Shown: positions 51,845-62,397, counted from the stretch's first letter. The stretch is 64,000 bases of DNA from Candidatus Methanarcanum hacksteinii (GCA_006954405.1 LVVQ01000001.1:557161-621160); one strand, 5' to 3'. The notes: a model not told the origin generated them from the letters alone. Numbers and translations: made by a program.

Positions 51845-52528
51845 TCATGCCATCAATGATCTGTAGAAATCGGTGATCGAATCGAATTCGACCTTCACAC
51901 CCTCTTTCATCCAATCATCCGATCTGAATGCACCGGTGGTGACCGCTATGAAATCGGTGCCCGCATCCTTGGCGCATCTGTAGTCCATACCATGGTCACC
52001 GAAATAGAGTATCTCATTCGTCTTCACATTCAATCTATCTGCCATGTGCTGCATCGCAATAGGCGAAGGTTTCGATTCCTCCTCTGGGTAATCATCCCTT
52101 GCGATGAGACAATCTACCCTCTTCAGTGAATCACACTTCTTCAATACGGCTTCGGCATATTCCCTGCATCCTCTGGTCAATACACCAGTGGATAGGCCGA
52201 AAGAATGGATCAGATCCAACAATGGATTCGTTCCATCGAACGGTCTAGCCTCATCCACCCTCTCCATCTCGATGTCACGTGCCATCTTGGATATGTTGGC
52301 CCCTATCTTGTAGATGTCCTCGACCTTGTTGTGCTTCTTAAGGTATTCAATGCCGGAATCTATGTTGAATTTGAAACTCTCGCTGCGATCGATCGCAGTC
52401 TCCGGAACCCCGAGTCTGACCATCTCATCGAATGCAACATTCGCCATCTTGACATAATCGACTTTCGTATTGAGCAATGTTCCATCCATATCAAAACAGA
52501 CGGCTTTGTATTTCGGGTTCAGCTTCAT
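51845..52528 (-). CDS. HAD-superfamily hydrolase (paralog of 48866..49531)
   Basis: FDMDGTL motif and GDHGMD motif IV. Confidence 0.7.
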   Translation of the reverse strand: MKLNPKYKAVCFDMDGTLLNTKVDYVKMANVAFDEMVRLGVPETAIDRSESFKFNIDSGIEYLKKHNKVEDIYKIGANISKMARDIEMERVDEARPFDGTNPLLDLIHSFGLSTGVLTRGCREYAEAVLKKCDSLKRVDCLIARDDYPEEESKPSPIAMQHMADRLNVKTNEILYFGDHGMDYRCAKDAGTDFIAVTTGAFRSDDWMKEGVKVEFDSITDFYRSLMA

Positions 52529-52619
52529 TGGTTGATGGTATGTGATAACATGGATTTATATCCGTTCTCTGTACCGTCGAACGATAGGTTATAATCGCAT
52601 CCTACAGATATGGTGTGAC

Positions 52620-53939
52620 ATGGATCTGTTCGATACTACGAGGAAGGAGATATTGGCCAGGGAAGCGCCCCTTGCGAATCGTATGAGGCCAAAGACCATC
52701 GAGGATGTGGTCGGACAGGAACATATCCTTGGAAAGGACAAACTCCTGTATCGTTCGATCAAGGCCGATAGGATCAGTTCCTTGATATTCTATGGCCCTC
52801 CAGGTACTGGGAAGACGACCTTAGCACAGGTCATAGCCAATACGACAAAGGCGGATTTCAGAGAGATGAACGCCACATGTGCTGGAAAGAAGGATATGGA
52901 GGATGCGGTCAAGCATGCGCAGGACATACTGGGCATGAACGGGAGAAGGACGATACTATTCATCGACGAGATCCATCGTTTCAACAAGGGTCAGCAGGAT
53001 TACCTATTACCATTCGTCGAGAACGGCACCATAATACTCATTGGCGCTACGACAGAGAACCCATATTTCGAGGTGAATCGCGCATTGATATCACGCTCGA
53101 TGGTATTGGAACTCAAACCGTTGGATCGTGAGGACATCATCACGATATTGAAACATGCGATCTCCGATGCAGATAACGGATTGGGGAAGGAGAAGATATC
53201 CATCGATGATGATGCGTTAGTATTCTTGGCCGATATGTGCAACGGCGATGCTAGATCGGCGTTGAATGCATTGGAGATAGCATTCCTCACTACAGATCGT
53301 GATGCTGATGGTTCCATCCATATAGACGTGGATGTCGCATCATCATGCATACAGAAACGCATACTTGGATACGACAAGGACGGGGACAATCACTACGACA
53401 CGATCTCTGCTTTCATAAAGAGCATGCGCGGCTCTGATCCAGATGCCACCGTGTATTATCTGGCTAGGATGTTGTATGCAGGGGAGGATGTGAAGTTCAT
53501 TGCAAGGCGCATAATGATATGTGCCTCCGAGGACGTATCCAATGCCGATCCCCAAGCTATCATCATCGCTACGGCAGCCTCACAGGCCGTCGAGCGGATA
53601 GGTATGCCTGAGGCCAGGATAATCCTAGCACAAGCCGCGATATATGTCGCATGCGCCCCGAAGAGCAACTCATCCATCACAGCGATAGATGCTGCCATGA
53701 ACTCGGTCAAGAATGAGCCCATGGGGCAGATCCCGCCATATCTGAAGGATGCACATTACAGCAGTGCGAAGGAGTTGGGCCGTGGATTGACGTACAAGTA
53801 TCCTCACAACTATCCTGATCACTATGTGGAGCAACAATATCTTCCAGATGCTGTCAAGGATCGCAAGTTCTATGAGCCATCCGATAGTGGATATGAGAAA
53901 TCGATAAAGAGGTTGTTCGAGAGGATAGGTAAACGTTAG
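52620..53939 (+). CDS. rarA: Replication-associated recombination protein A (RarA/MgsA AAA+ ATPase)
   Basis: GPPGTGKTT Walker A and the ILFIDEIHRFNK box; start at the ATG for MDLFDTTRKE. Confidence 0.85.
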   Translation: MDLFDTTRKEILAREAPLANRMRPKTIEDVVGQEHILGKDKLLYRSIKADRISSLIFYGPPGTGKTTLAQVIANTTKADFREMNATCAGKKDMEDAVKHAQDILGMNGRRTILFIDEIHRFNKGQQDYLLPFVENGTIILIGATTENPYFEVNRALISRSMVLELKPLDREDIITILKHAISDADNGLGKEKISIDDDALVFLADMCNGDARSALNALEIAFLTTDRDADGSIHIDVDVASSCIQKRILGYDKDGDNHYDTISAFIKSMRGSDPDATVYYLARMLYAGEDVKFIARRIMICASEDVSNADPQAIIIATAASQAVERIGMPEARIILAQAAIYVACAPKSNSSITAIDAAMNSVKNEPMGQIPPYLKDAHYSSAKELGRGLTYKYPHNYPDHYVEQQYLPDAVKDRKFYEPSDSGYEKSIKRLFERIGKR

Positions 53940-54931
53940 TTCGGATTCTCGCAGATCTTCACTATCTGTTCTATGAATCCATACGTACCCGTTCCGCCGC
54001 CGACATCAGGCGTACGGAATCCCCTCTTGTATGCAGAACGTATGGCTTCCCACAGTTTATTGCCTTCATCCTTGTATCCAAGGAAATCAAGCATCATGGC
54101 TGCGCATCTTAGGGATGCCGTCGGATTCGTCGCGTTATATCCTGCAAGGTCAGGATTGGATCCATGGAGCGGTCTGAACAATCCTCTCGTCCTATTGATC
54201 GTCGCACACGGTACGAGATATGTGCCGCCTGTCAGCTTCGCCACCATCTCCGATAGCACATCGGAGAATGGACTGTATGAGATCACCGTATCGATCGTGT
54301 TGGGTTTGGTCAGGATCCTGGAGGCCAACTCAGGGATGCTCACATCATCGGATGATATCGAAGTACCAACCATGCATCTGTGGAATGATTCGATGGACAT
54401 CGACTCCATCTCACTCGCAGGATCGCCCTCATGCGCAAAGAGGATCGTTTTGGAATCATTCCTTTCAGCATATTCCCTCGATGCGATGAATGTCCTGTCC
54501 ATCTCTGAATACAGATATGATCTGGTGACATCGACGCTATCTATGTCGTTGATCTCTGTTACGTTGACATCATCAGAAGCGTTCCTTATGAACGTGGCAT
54601 CGATGTCGATCGAACTCAACTCAGGGATTATAGATTCTATGCGTCTTATATTCAATTCCAATCTCATCCTTCTTTCGATCTCCGTTATAGGATTCCTGAA
54701 GGATCTGTCATCGGTAGGGATGGTGATGCCGCCCATCAGGACGGCATCACATTCGTCGATGATCTCAAGTGTCGATACAGGGAGTGATTCCCCAGTCCTT
54801 TTGTAGCATTCGTAGCCGCAGTCAGCGGAGATCATGTCGATATCTCCGGTCAGTGCCTTGAGCACCGATACTGCGGCAGTCGTCACTTCAGGACCTACGC
54901 CGTCACCTGAGAGCACCGCGATCTTCTTCAT
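53936..54931 (-). CDS. Isocitrate/isopropylmalate dehydrogenase-family protein (LeuB/AksF-like)
   Basis: N-terminal IAVLSGDGVGPEV and a C-terminal G-rich NAD site; 331 aa. Confidence 0.7.
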   Translation of the reverse strand: MKKIAVLSGDGVGPEVTTAAVSVLKALTGDIDMISADCGYECYKRTGESLPVSTLEIIDECDAVLMGGITIPTDDRSFRNPITEIERRMRLELNIRRIESIIPELSSIDIDATFIRNASDDVNVTEINDIDSVDVTRSYLYSEMDRTFIASREYAERNDSKTILFAHEGDPASEMESMSIESFHRCMVGTSISSDDVSIPELASRILTKPNTIDTVISYSPFSDVLSEMVAKLTGGTYLVPCATINRTRGLFRPLHGSNPDLAGYNATNPTASLRCAAMMLDFLGYKDEGNKLWEAIRSAYKRGFRTPDVGGGTGTYGFIEQIVKICENPN

Positions 54932-55881
54932 CAGAGCCTATCCTCAACGGCTGCCATGATGAGCGGGAGGTTGATCGTAGCATCTCCTTCCACGGTCATC
55001 TTCTTGGCATTGGCCTTGACCTTACCCCATGAGACGGCCTCTCTGATCTGTGCACCGGAGAGTGAACCGTCGTATTCCTGTGCTGTCGTGAGGTAGATCG
55101 CATAATCCAATCCTCCGCGGAACTGATTCCACCAGATGACGTGGTGTTTCGAGATACCTCCGCCGATGATGATCGCACCCGTGTTCTTCGCCTCATCCGT
55201 CATCTCGCTGAGCATCTGCTCATCAGCGAAGAGATCGATCCTGAGCTTTCTGTGCATCTGGTAGTACATCCAGAGCTGACATCCGAATGAACCGTCCGTG
55301 ATACCGGGGACGACTATGGGTACGTTGTGTTTATGACACTGATACAGAAGTGAGTCCTCATTATCGAGTCTCGCACCGACCTGATCTATGATCTCGTGTG
55401 TGGACAATGATGTGGTGTCCTTGAAGATGTCATCGAACATAGGGAGGAGGTTATCCTCAAGAACGATACCATAGCAGTCGTCGGGTACGAGGACGTTACC
55501 GAGCCTGCTGATACCATTGTCCCTGAGTTTCGCATCATCCATCAAGAAGTCGCCTTTGTAGTATGAGGCCCATGTCCTTGAAAGGTCGTGGTCCAATGTT
55601 CCGCATGTTGTGATTATGACATCGATGAATCCTTTCTTCACCATGTCGACGATGACACCGCGCGTACCTGTCGCCATGATGCATGCAGGGAATGACAGGA
55701 TGCGAAGACAATCCTTCTTCTTGAACATCTTCTCTACGATGTCAGCGGCATCTGAGAGTTTCTGTGCTGTGAATCCGCCTGATTTTCCCATCATCTTGAC
55801 GAGATCATTGGCCGTCATCCCTTTCTTGATCTTGATATCCTTGACTGCAACGAGTTTCTTGTTATCAAAAGTTGCTACCAT
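54931..55881 (-). CDS. dys: Deoxyhypusine synthase
   Basis: 316 aa with DHS family signature regions (GGGISKHH, TTAQEYDGSLSGA). Confidence 0.8.
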   Translation of the reverse strand: MVATFDNKKLVAVKDIKIKKGMTANDLVKMMGKSGGFTAQKLSDAADIVEKMFKKKDCLRILSFPACIMATGTRGVIVDMVKKGFIDVIITTCGTLDHDLSRTWASYYKGDFLMDDAKLRDNGISRLGNVLVPDDCYGIVLEDNLLPMFDDIFKDTTSLSTHEIIDQVGARLDNEDSLLYQCHKHNVPIVVPGITDGSFGCQLWMYYQMHRKLRIDLFADEQMLSEMTDEAKNTGAIIIGGGISKHHVIWWNQFRGGLDYAIYLTTAQEYDGSLSGAQIREAVSWGKVKANAKKMTVEGDATINLPLIMAAVEDRL

Positions 55882-55957
55882 GATACTAACTTCCGTTATG
55901 CGGTGGTTACGGCCTCTTATTAATTAAGTTTATCAATTGACCAAAGAAGGATCGAAT

Positions 55958-57514
55958 TCAATCCTTCTTCCTGAGTAACGGTAATGCATGCAAGAAGAAA
56001 CGGATGAGTCCTCTCTTACTTCCGAAGAGACTTTGCGTCATCTCGGTCTGTATGTCCGTACCCTCTTTCGTGTACGGTGTCCACCACGGATCATTGCTCC
56101 AAGCACCCTTATCCTCATGCAGATGCTGTATCTCCATCAGACTCAGGAATCCTTCCTCGCCATGGCTCTTCCCGAATCCGCTCATGTGTGTCCCGCCCCA
56201 TGGGAGCGAAGGCATACCATAGTTGTACAGCAGGTTGTTCACGTTGACCATGCCCGAATTCATCCTTCCTGCCAATTCATGTCCGTATTGGATATCCTCA
56301 GTCCATACCGAACCGCCAAGGGCATACGGACAACTGTTGTTGAGTTCTATAGCTTCATCGTCATCATCGAATGGAACTATCGTTGTGAATGGCCCGAACA
56401 CTTCGGTCGTGTACAGTTCGCTGCCAACAGGTATATCGGTGATCACGGCAGGTTCGAGGAACCATCCCTCGAGTCCTTCCACTCTCTTGCCTCCATATAC
56501 GACATTTGCACCGAGTTCCTTCGCTCTTTCAACAGCATCCAGTACGTCATGCATCGCCCTCTCATTGATGACAGGTCCGATGGATATCGTCGGATCGTTG
56601 TAGTCATATCCTATCTTCAGCCCTTTCACTCTCTCTACGAATTTTGATACGAAATCATCATAGATCGAACTGTGGACCATGATCCTCTGCACTCCGACAC
56701 ATACTTGCCCAGAGTTCACATAGGATCCCCAGACGGCAGCTTTGATCGCTCTATTGATGTCAGCATCCTTCAGGATGATCATAGAATCGCATCCTCCGAG
56801 TTCAAGGGATACAGGAGTGAGGTTATCCGCGGCTGAACGCATTATGCTCATGCCCGTATCAGTCCCACCCGTGAACATGATCCTTCTCACCGAGGGGGAT
56901 TGCACCAATGCATTGCCTATCCCCGAACCATGGATGCAGATGACGAGATCATCAGGGAATCCTGCTTTTTTGAATAGTGATGATATCAACTCTCCGCAGA
57001 GAGGCGTCTCGGATGAAGGTTTGAGTATGACTGAATTCCCGACGGCAACGGATGACATGCATTCTGTGAACGGGATGCAGATCGGGAAGTTGTATGGCGA
57101 TATGCAAGCGGTGATACCCGCGGGTTTGTATCTGATGTAGGATCTGCGCCCCATGGCACGCATCATCATGTCCATGGGTTCTATCTTCCTGCGTATCTCG
57201 AATTTGAATCTGTTGAGCCAATCGGCACAGTACTTTGCATGCGCTGATGATACAAAGAATTCCGTGTTGATGCATTCCGCCTTCGGTTTACCCGTTTCCT
57301 TATGCACAGTGAGTCCGAGTTCTTCCACATCATCGGCGATGATCTTACTCAATCTTCTGAAATACTCGCTCCTTCTCTTTGGAGGTATCTTAGCCCATTC
57401 CCTCTGTGCCTTATCACTCCTTTCGATTATAGAGTCGATTTCCGACACGTCTATCGTTTCAACAGAACCTATCTCTTCGGTGGTCGCAGGGCAATAAGAT
57501 TTCAGTATTCCCAT
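55958..57514 (-). CDS. Aldehyde dehydrogenase family protein
   Basis: LELGGCDS with catalytic Cys and the FTGGTDTG NAD site. Confidence 0.8.
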   Translation of the reverse strand: MGILKSYCPATTEEIGSVETIDVSEIDSIIERSDKAQREWAKIPPKRRSEYFRRLSKIIADDVEELGLTVHKETGKPKAECINTEFFVSSAHAKYCADWLNRFKFEIRRKIEPMDMMMRAMGRRSYIRYKPAGITACISPYNFPICIPFTECMSSVAVGNSVILKPSSETPLCGELISSLFKKAGFPDDLVICIHGSGIGNALVQSPSVRRIMFTGGTDTGMSIMRSAADNLTPVSLELGGCDSMIILKDADINRAIKAAVWGSYVNSGQVCVGVQRIMVHSSIYDDFVSKFVERVKGLKIGYDYNDPTISIGPVINERAMHDVLDAVERAKELGANVVYGGKRVEGLEGWFLEPAVITDIPVGSELYTTEVFGPFTTIVPFDDDDEAIELNNSCPYALGGSVWTEDIQYGHELAGRMNSGMVNVNNLLYNYGMPSLPWGGTHMSGFGKSHGEEGFLSLMEIQHLHEDKGAWSNDPWWTPYTKEGTDIQTEMTQSLFGSKRGLIRFFLHALPLLRKKD

Positions 57515-57562
57515 GGAACTCTGTATGTCCGCATGGTTTAATTTGATTATCCGCGTCCATAG

Positions 57563-58021
57563 GTGTCTTTATTACATGAAGTAATCATGTCATACAGCAT
57601 GATGTTGATGGAGAGATGCTGTGATTATCCCGAACTACTCGAATCGTTGAGAGGGAGATCGGTACTGATATGGTCGTGCTCCATATGCGCATCATTATGC
57701 AATGGCATAGGCAGCAAAGCATCGGCGGAATCATTGTCTGATAGGCTGACATCCGATGGGATAGATGTGAAAGGCATCATCATGACCGGTGCAGCATGCA
57801 TAATGAGTAAGGTCAGATCCACGTCGGACGATTCTGGGATCGATGGTTCGGATGTCATACTGGCTCTGTCATGCAACATGGGTTCCGATAACATTTCTCG
57901 CGTGACCGGCAAGGATGTCATGAACCCCATCATCACCATCGGTTACGGATATCTCGATGATGACGGGATACCTCGTCTTCCTGATGGTTCTACGTTATCA
58001 TCGAAATCATCTCCGTTCTGA
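57563..58021 (+). CDS. Hypothetical Cys-rich protein (strand uncertain)
   Basis: ORF only. A 104-aa antisense ORF also exists at 57625..57939, and the composition is not decisive. Confidence 0.25.
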   Translation: MSLLHEVIMSYSMMLMERCCDYPELLESLRGRSVLIWSCSICASLCNGIGSKASAESLSDRLTSDGIDVKGIIMTGAACIMSKVRSTSDDSGIDGSDVILALSCNMGSDNISRVTGKDVMNPIITIGYGYLDDDGIPRLPDGSTLSSKSSPF

Positions 58022-58099
58022 GTTTATATAAATTATTTACCTATCCTTTTTATACAACAACGAATGTTGGGGGCTCAGCAACATTAGGAGTTAACTATA

Positions 58100-60310
58100 A
58101 TGATTGAGTTCACCATGGACAACTTGTTGTGGATGGTACCTGTCGCTGCAGTTATCGCCTTGGTGGTTGCCGCTGTTTTCTTCAAACAGATATTCTCGAA
58201 GGACAAAGGAACCCCCGAGATGCAGGCAATCTCCGATAAGATCGAGGAAGGAGCTATGGCTTACCTCGCAAGGCAGTACAAGACTATCGCTATCATCGCA
58301 CTTGTTGTTGCTATCATCATCTTCGCAGTAGGATTCTGCGAGGATTTCAAAGACTACTTGAACGGAAAGGTCGCAGTAGCGTTCCTCATCGGTGCAGGAT
58401 GCTCGATCCTCTCCGGTTACATCGGAATGAAGGTCTCTGTCAATTCTAACATCAGGACATCGGCTGCAGCAACACGCTCGCTCGATGAGGCATTCAAGAC
58501 ATCATTCCGCGGAGGAGCGATCTCAGGAATCGCAGTGTCCGTCCTCTCACTCGCAGGACTCTTCGCTGTGTTCTTCCTCTACGACATCTGGTGTGACGGC
58601 GATATGACCGCTACACTCCACTCGGTCGTGGGTTACGCATTCGGTGCATCTATGGCAGCTCTCTTCGCACAGCTCGGAGGAGGTATCTACACCAAAGCCG
58701 CAGATGTCGGAGCGGATCTCGTCGGAAAGGTCGAGGCAGGTATTCCCGAGGATGACCCCAGGAACCCCGCTGTCATCGCAGATCTCGTCGGAGACAACGT
58801 CGGTGACTGTGCAGGACGTGGAGCAGATATCTTCGAATCCACAGCCGCTGAGATCATCGGTTCGATGGTCATTGGTCTTGCAGTCGTCAAGCTCTCAACA
58901 GTTGGGATCTTCAACAACAACTTCATCTACCTTCCGCTTGTCATCATGGCATTCGGACTCATCGCATCCTTGGTCGGAATCTTCTGTGTACGTCTCAAGG
59001 ATGAGGATGCAGACGTCATCAAGTCACTCAACCTCGGTTACTATGTGACTATGGCCCTCGTCATCGTTACGATGATATTCTCATGCTATTGGCTTCTCAA
59101 TGGCGACAACGGCCTCACACAGATCGGTGGATTGTCAGTGACGGTCAACTGGTGGATGTTCGCAATCGCTGGAATCGTCGGTATCGCACTTGGACTCGTC
59201 GTCGTCTATGTCACACAGTACTACACAGGCGACCACAAACCAGTCAAGACGATCGCGGAACAGTCCGAATCAGGACCTGCAACGAACGTCATCATGGGTC
59301 TCTCGGTCGGTATGGAGTCCACAGTCATCCCTGTGGTCTGCATCGGTATCGCAATTATCGCAACATTCCTCCTTGGTTACTTCGCCATCGATGGAGCATT
59401 CGTCGACTCTACATACAAGATGACGATGGGACTTTACGGAACAGCGATCGCAACCGTCTCTATGCTCGCATCATCCGCATTCATCCTCGCAGAGGATACG
59501 TTCGGACCGATCACGGACAACGCAGGCGGTATCGCGGAGATGTCCAACCAGCCTGAAGAGGTAAGGAACAGGACAGACAAGCTCGATTCCGTCGGTAACA
59601 CAACAAAAGCACTCACGAAAGGATACGCAATGTCATCCGCTGCACTCGCAGCATTCCTTCTGTTCGCAGCATTCTTCGAGATCGTTGCCGAGCACAACGG
59701 AACAACGATCATCGCTGAGATGAACCAGGTCGTTCTTGGAAATCCCCTGATCTTCGTCGGAGGACTCATCGGAGCAGCACTCGTGTTCTTCTTCGCATCA
59801 CTCGCTATACGTGCAGTTGGAACGGCTGCCGGTGAGATGGTCCAGGAGGTCCGTGAGCAGTTCAAGGATGGAAAGATCATGGCTGGAGAGAAACAGCCTG
59901 AATACGGAAGGTGTGTCGATATCGCAACGAAATCCGCCCTCAGGCAGATGGTCGTTCCCGCACTCCTGCCTATCCTCGTACCTGTCGTCTTCGGACTCCT
60001 TTACAGGTACGCTCTGCCTACAGAGTTCCAGGTACTCGCACCCTATGCGGTCGGCGGACTCATCATGGTAGCTACCATCGTCGGTATCCTCATGGCCAAC
60101 TTCCTCAACAACGGTGGAGGAGCATGGGATAACGCAAAGAAATACATCGAGACCGGTGCACACGGAGGAAAGAAGTCACCTGCACACGCAGCAGCTGTTG
60201 TCGGTGATACCATCGGTGATCCGTTCAAGGACACTGCAGGACCTTCGATCCACGTTCTGGTCAAACTGCTCTCGACCATCTGTTTGGTCACAGCAGTCCT
60301 GTATCTCTAA
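58100..60310 (+). CDS. hppA: Membrane-bound proton/sodium-translocating pyrophosphatase
   Basis: 736 aa, about 16 TM helices, with GGG..TKAADVGADLVGKVE and DNVGDCAGRGADIFES motifs. Confidence 0.9.
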   Translation: MIEFTMDNLLWMVPVAAVIALVVAAVFFKQIFSKDKGTPEMQAISDKIEEGAMAYLARQYKTIAIIALVVAIIIFAVGFCEDFKDYLNGKVAVAFLIGAGCSILSGYIGMKVSVNSNIRTSAAATRSLDEAFKTSFRGGAISGIAVSVLSLAGLFAVFFLYDIWCDGDMTATLHSVVGYAFGASMAALFAQLGGGIYTKAADVGADLVGKVEAGIPEDDPRNPAVIADLVGDNVGDCAGRGADIFESTAAEIIGSMVIGLAVVKLSTVGIFNNNFIYLPLVIMAFGLIASLVGIFCVRLKDEDADVIKSLNLGYYVTMALVIVTMIFSCYWLLNGDNGLTQIGGLSVTVNWWMFAIAGIVGIALGLVVVYVTQYYTGDHKPVKTIAEQSESGPATNVIMGLSVGMESTVIPVVCIGIAIIATFLLGYFAIDGAFVDSTYKMTMGLYGTAIATVSMLASSAFILAEDTFGPITDNAGGIAEMSNQPEEVRNRTDKLDSVGNTTKALTKGYAMSSAALAAFLLFAAFFEIVAEHNGTTIIAEMNQVVLGNPLIFVGGLIGAALVFFFASLAIRAVGTAAGEMVQEVREQFKDGKIMAGEKQPEYGRCVDIATKSALRQMVVPALLPILVPVVFGLLYRYALPTEFQVLAPYAVGGLIMVATIVGILMANFLNNGGGAWDNAKKYIETGAHGGKKSPAHAAAVVGDTIGDPFKDTAGPSIHVLVKLLSTICLVTAVLYL

Positions 60311-60318
60311 ACAAGTTT

Positions 60319-60345
60319 AAGGGAGGTAATCCCTCCCTTCATTTC
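60319..60345 (+). terminator. Hairpin after hppA
   Basis: AGGGAGG TAAT CCCTCCCT followed by TCATTTCT. Confidence 0.45.
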
Positions 60346-60428
60346 TATACTATATCCTTATACGCGTATGCGTGTAATCAGCTTTATATAAGAGGGCTTT
60401 AATCTCCAGCCATTCAAGAGGATATCCT

Positions 60429-60992
60429 ATGTACATGATAACACAGGCCGAGAGGGTAGTGCGCATACCTCCAGCAGATCTTGGTGAAGACATAGACAAA
60501 GTCATCGATGCCCTCACATGGGATTCATTCGAAGGACAGATCGGACCTAACAAGGAGATAACTATCCTTGTACAGGATGTCGAGACCATTGGACCTGGAC
60601 GTATCGTTCATGGAGACGGAGCGGTCTATCAGACGGTCAAATTCAATCAGCTCGTATTCAAACCGAAAGAGAACGAGATCATCGAGGGTGAGGTCGTAGA
60701 GATAGTCAAATTCGGTGCTTTCATCAGATTCGGTCCGTTGGACGGACTCCTTCACGTGAGTCAGGTGTTGGATGACCGTGTCGATATCGATGCAGAGAAT
60801 CAGAGGCTCATCGGAAAGGACACTGGAAGGACCCTCAACATCGGAGACATCGTCAGGGCAAGGATCGTCAGTATCGACCTCAACGAGAAGAATCCCCAGG
60901 ATAGTAAGATCGGATTAACGATGCGCCAACCCGGTCTGGGAAGACTCGAATGGATCGAGGAAGACAAGAGGAAACAGGAGGCTGATGCCTGA
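60429..60992 (+). CDS. rpoE: DNA-directed RNA polymerase subunit E' (Rpo7, S1 domain)
   Basis: An OB/S1 fold following an N-terminal Rpo7 domain. A TATA box (CTTTATATAAG) lies about 30 nt upstream. Confidence 0.8.
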   Translation: MYMITQAERVVRIPPADLGEDIDKVIDALTWDSFEGQIGPNKEITILVQDVETIGPGRIVHGDGAVYQTVKFNQLVFKPKENEIIEGEVVEIVKFGAFIRFGPLDGLLHVSQVLDDRVDIDAENQRLIGKDTGRTLNIGDIVRARIVSIDLNEKNPQDSKIGLTMRQPGLGRLEWIEEDKRKQEADA

Positions 60993-61183
60993 TGGTCGGA
61001 CCTGTTTACAAAGCATGCAAACAGTGCAGCTTCATCTCTGAAGAGGACACATGCCCCCGCTGCGGAGGACAGACATCCAGAGAATGGCAGGGCTACCTCG
61101 TGGTCATAGACTATGAGAAATCCGACATAGCTAAACAGATGGGCATCTCATCCAATGGGAAATATGCCCTGAGGGTGCGTTGA
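60992..61183 (+). CDS. spt4: Transcription elongation factor Spt4 (RNAP subunit E'')
   Basis: CKQC...CPRCG zinc ribbon; 63 aa; TGATG coupling to rpoE'. Confidence 0.65.
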   Translation: MVGPVYKACKQCSFISEEDTCPRCGGQTSREWQGYLVVIDYEKSDIAKQMGISSNGKYALRVR

Positions 61184-61188
61184 TCCAA

Positions 61189-61689
61189 ATGTCCGGCAGA
61201 AGGATCCCTGGGGGGAGAAGAGATCTCTTCAAGGAACCGCTGGGCACAGATTTGGATGAAACTGAACTCAAACAACATAACGCTGCAAAGATGATCACTG
61301 TTGGGGATGTGGTATCTCTGACGGTGAGGAGGAACGGCATGACGCCACTCCTGTCCATCTATGATGGATACACGGAGAGGCATGAGATGACCGGGTTCGC
61401 CACCTATGTCGAAAGTCATGGGTTGGAAGAGAAGGTCATCGTCAATCCTGCAGGTACGGTAACCTGTGAGCTTGAAGATGCCATAAGAAACGCGATTACT
61501 GGTGAGGCAGGGATAATACGTGTCGAAGGCGAGGAGGATCTGGCAGTGATGCCGTGTATCCTGAACGCGCCTGATGGCTACGATATCATCTATGGTTGGC
61601 CAGGAAAAGGGATGATGTGCGTCACCACGGACGAACACATCCGCAAAAGAGTAAAAGAACTCTGGAATATGATGGAGGACTTTGAATGA
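61189..61689 (+). CDS. DUF359 protein (archaeal GTP-dependent dephospho-CoA kinase family)
   Basis: ITVGDVVS motif. ATG at 61189 (track start 61180 is TTG). Confidence 0.6.
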   Translation: MSGRRIPGGRRDLFKEPLGTDLDETELKQHNAAKMITVGDVVSLTVRRNGMTPLLSIYDGYTERHEMTGFATYVESHGLEEKVIVNPAGTVTCELEDAIRNAITGEAGIIRVEGEEDLAVMPCILNAPDGYDIIYGWPGKGMMCVTTDEHIRKRVKELWNMMEDFE

Positions 61690-62006
61690 AGATGGAAATC
61701 AACGAGAAGAAAGAGAACGTCATCCTCAAAAGGACTGAGGTACGTTTCACAATCGACCACAAAGGCGAGTCAACACCCAGCAAAGGCGCTGTCGTTGACG
61801 AGCTTGCAAAGAAACTGGATGCAAAGAGGGATGCAATCGTCCTCAACAACATCGATACAGTCTACGGAAGCGGACTCTCCAAGGGTTACGCAAAGGTATA
61901 CGTAACGAAAGAGGACGCACAGGCTATCGAGCCCGAATACATCCTCAAGAGGAACGGAATCCAGAAGCCCGAGTACAAGGCACCTGAGGCCACAGAGGGA
62001 CAGTGA
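61686..62006 (+). CDS. rps24e: 30S ribosomal protein S24e
   Basis: NxILKRTEVRF...DHKGESTPS. Confidence 0.8.
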   Translation: MKMEINEKKENVILKRTEVRFTIDHKGESTPSKGAVVDELAKKLDAKRDAIVLNNIDTVYGSGLSKGYAKVYVTKEDAQAIEPEYILKRNGIQKPEYKAPEATEGQ

Positions 62007-62011
62007 TTTAG

Positions 62012-62185
62012 ATGGCAGCTAAAGCAGAAGCTAAGAAATCAGTCAAGAAAGGTGACGCATACAAGGATGGACAGAGGACAAAGCCTGTCTGCCCCAAGTG
62101 TGGACCTGGTGTGTTCATGGCAACACACGGTGACCGTGTATCATGCGGAAAATGCGGATATACAGAGTTCACGAAGAAAGAGTAA
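62012..62185 (+). CDS. rps27ae: 30S ribosomal protein S27ae (zinc ribbon)
   Basis: Hand-translated 57 aa: [57 protein letters not shown]. It is below the ORF track's size cutoff. Confidence 0.75.
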   Translation: MAAKAEAKKSVKKGDAYKDGQRTKPVCPKCGPGVFMATHGDRVSCGKCGYTEFTKKE

Positions 62186-62300
62186 GGAAGGAAAAATCTT
62201 CATTCGGTCTCCTCCCTCTCAAGCGGAGACTCAGGATCCCCGGTTCATCGACGGGTTTCAAACCTCTTACCCTTCCCAATTCTTCTACATTAATTTGATT

Positions 62301-62374
62301 GGACCTGTAGTATAGCTTGGATAGCATTGGAGCCTCCGGAGCTCTCGACCCGGGTTCAAATCCCGGCAGGTCCG
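62301..62374 (+). tRNA. tRNA-Arg (anticodon CCG)
   Basis: Hand-folded. Acceptor GGACCTG/CAGGTCC, anticodon stem GGAGC/GCTCT with loop CTCCGGA, T-arm CCGGG-TTCAAAT-CCCGG, discriminator G, no encoded CCA. The D-arm pairing is imperfect in the manual fold. Confidence 0.75.
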
Positions 62375-62397
62375 CTTCAGATTCAGGTTCGAATCCA
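62358..62397 (+). repeat. Direct repeat copy 1 (tRNA-Arg 3' end plus 23 nt downstream)
   Basis: AAATCCCGGCAGGTCCGCTTCAGATTCAGGTTCGAATCCA; a second copy lies at 63937-63976. Confidence 0.55.

Noticed and set aside
62375-62397. T-arm-like GGTTCGAATCC immediately after tRNA-Arg, and again at 63962, considered as a second tRNA or tRNA half.
   Set aside because: The flanks do not form T-stems or acceptor stems; no cloverleaf can be built. They are treated as part of a duplicated att-like repeat.
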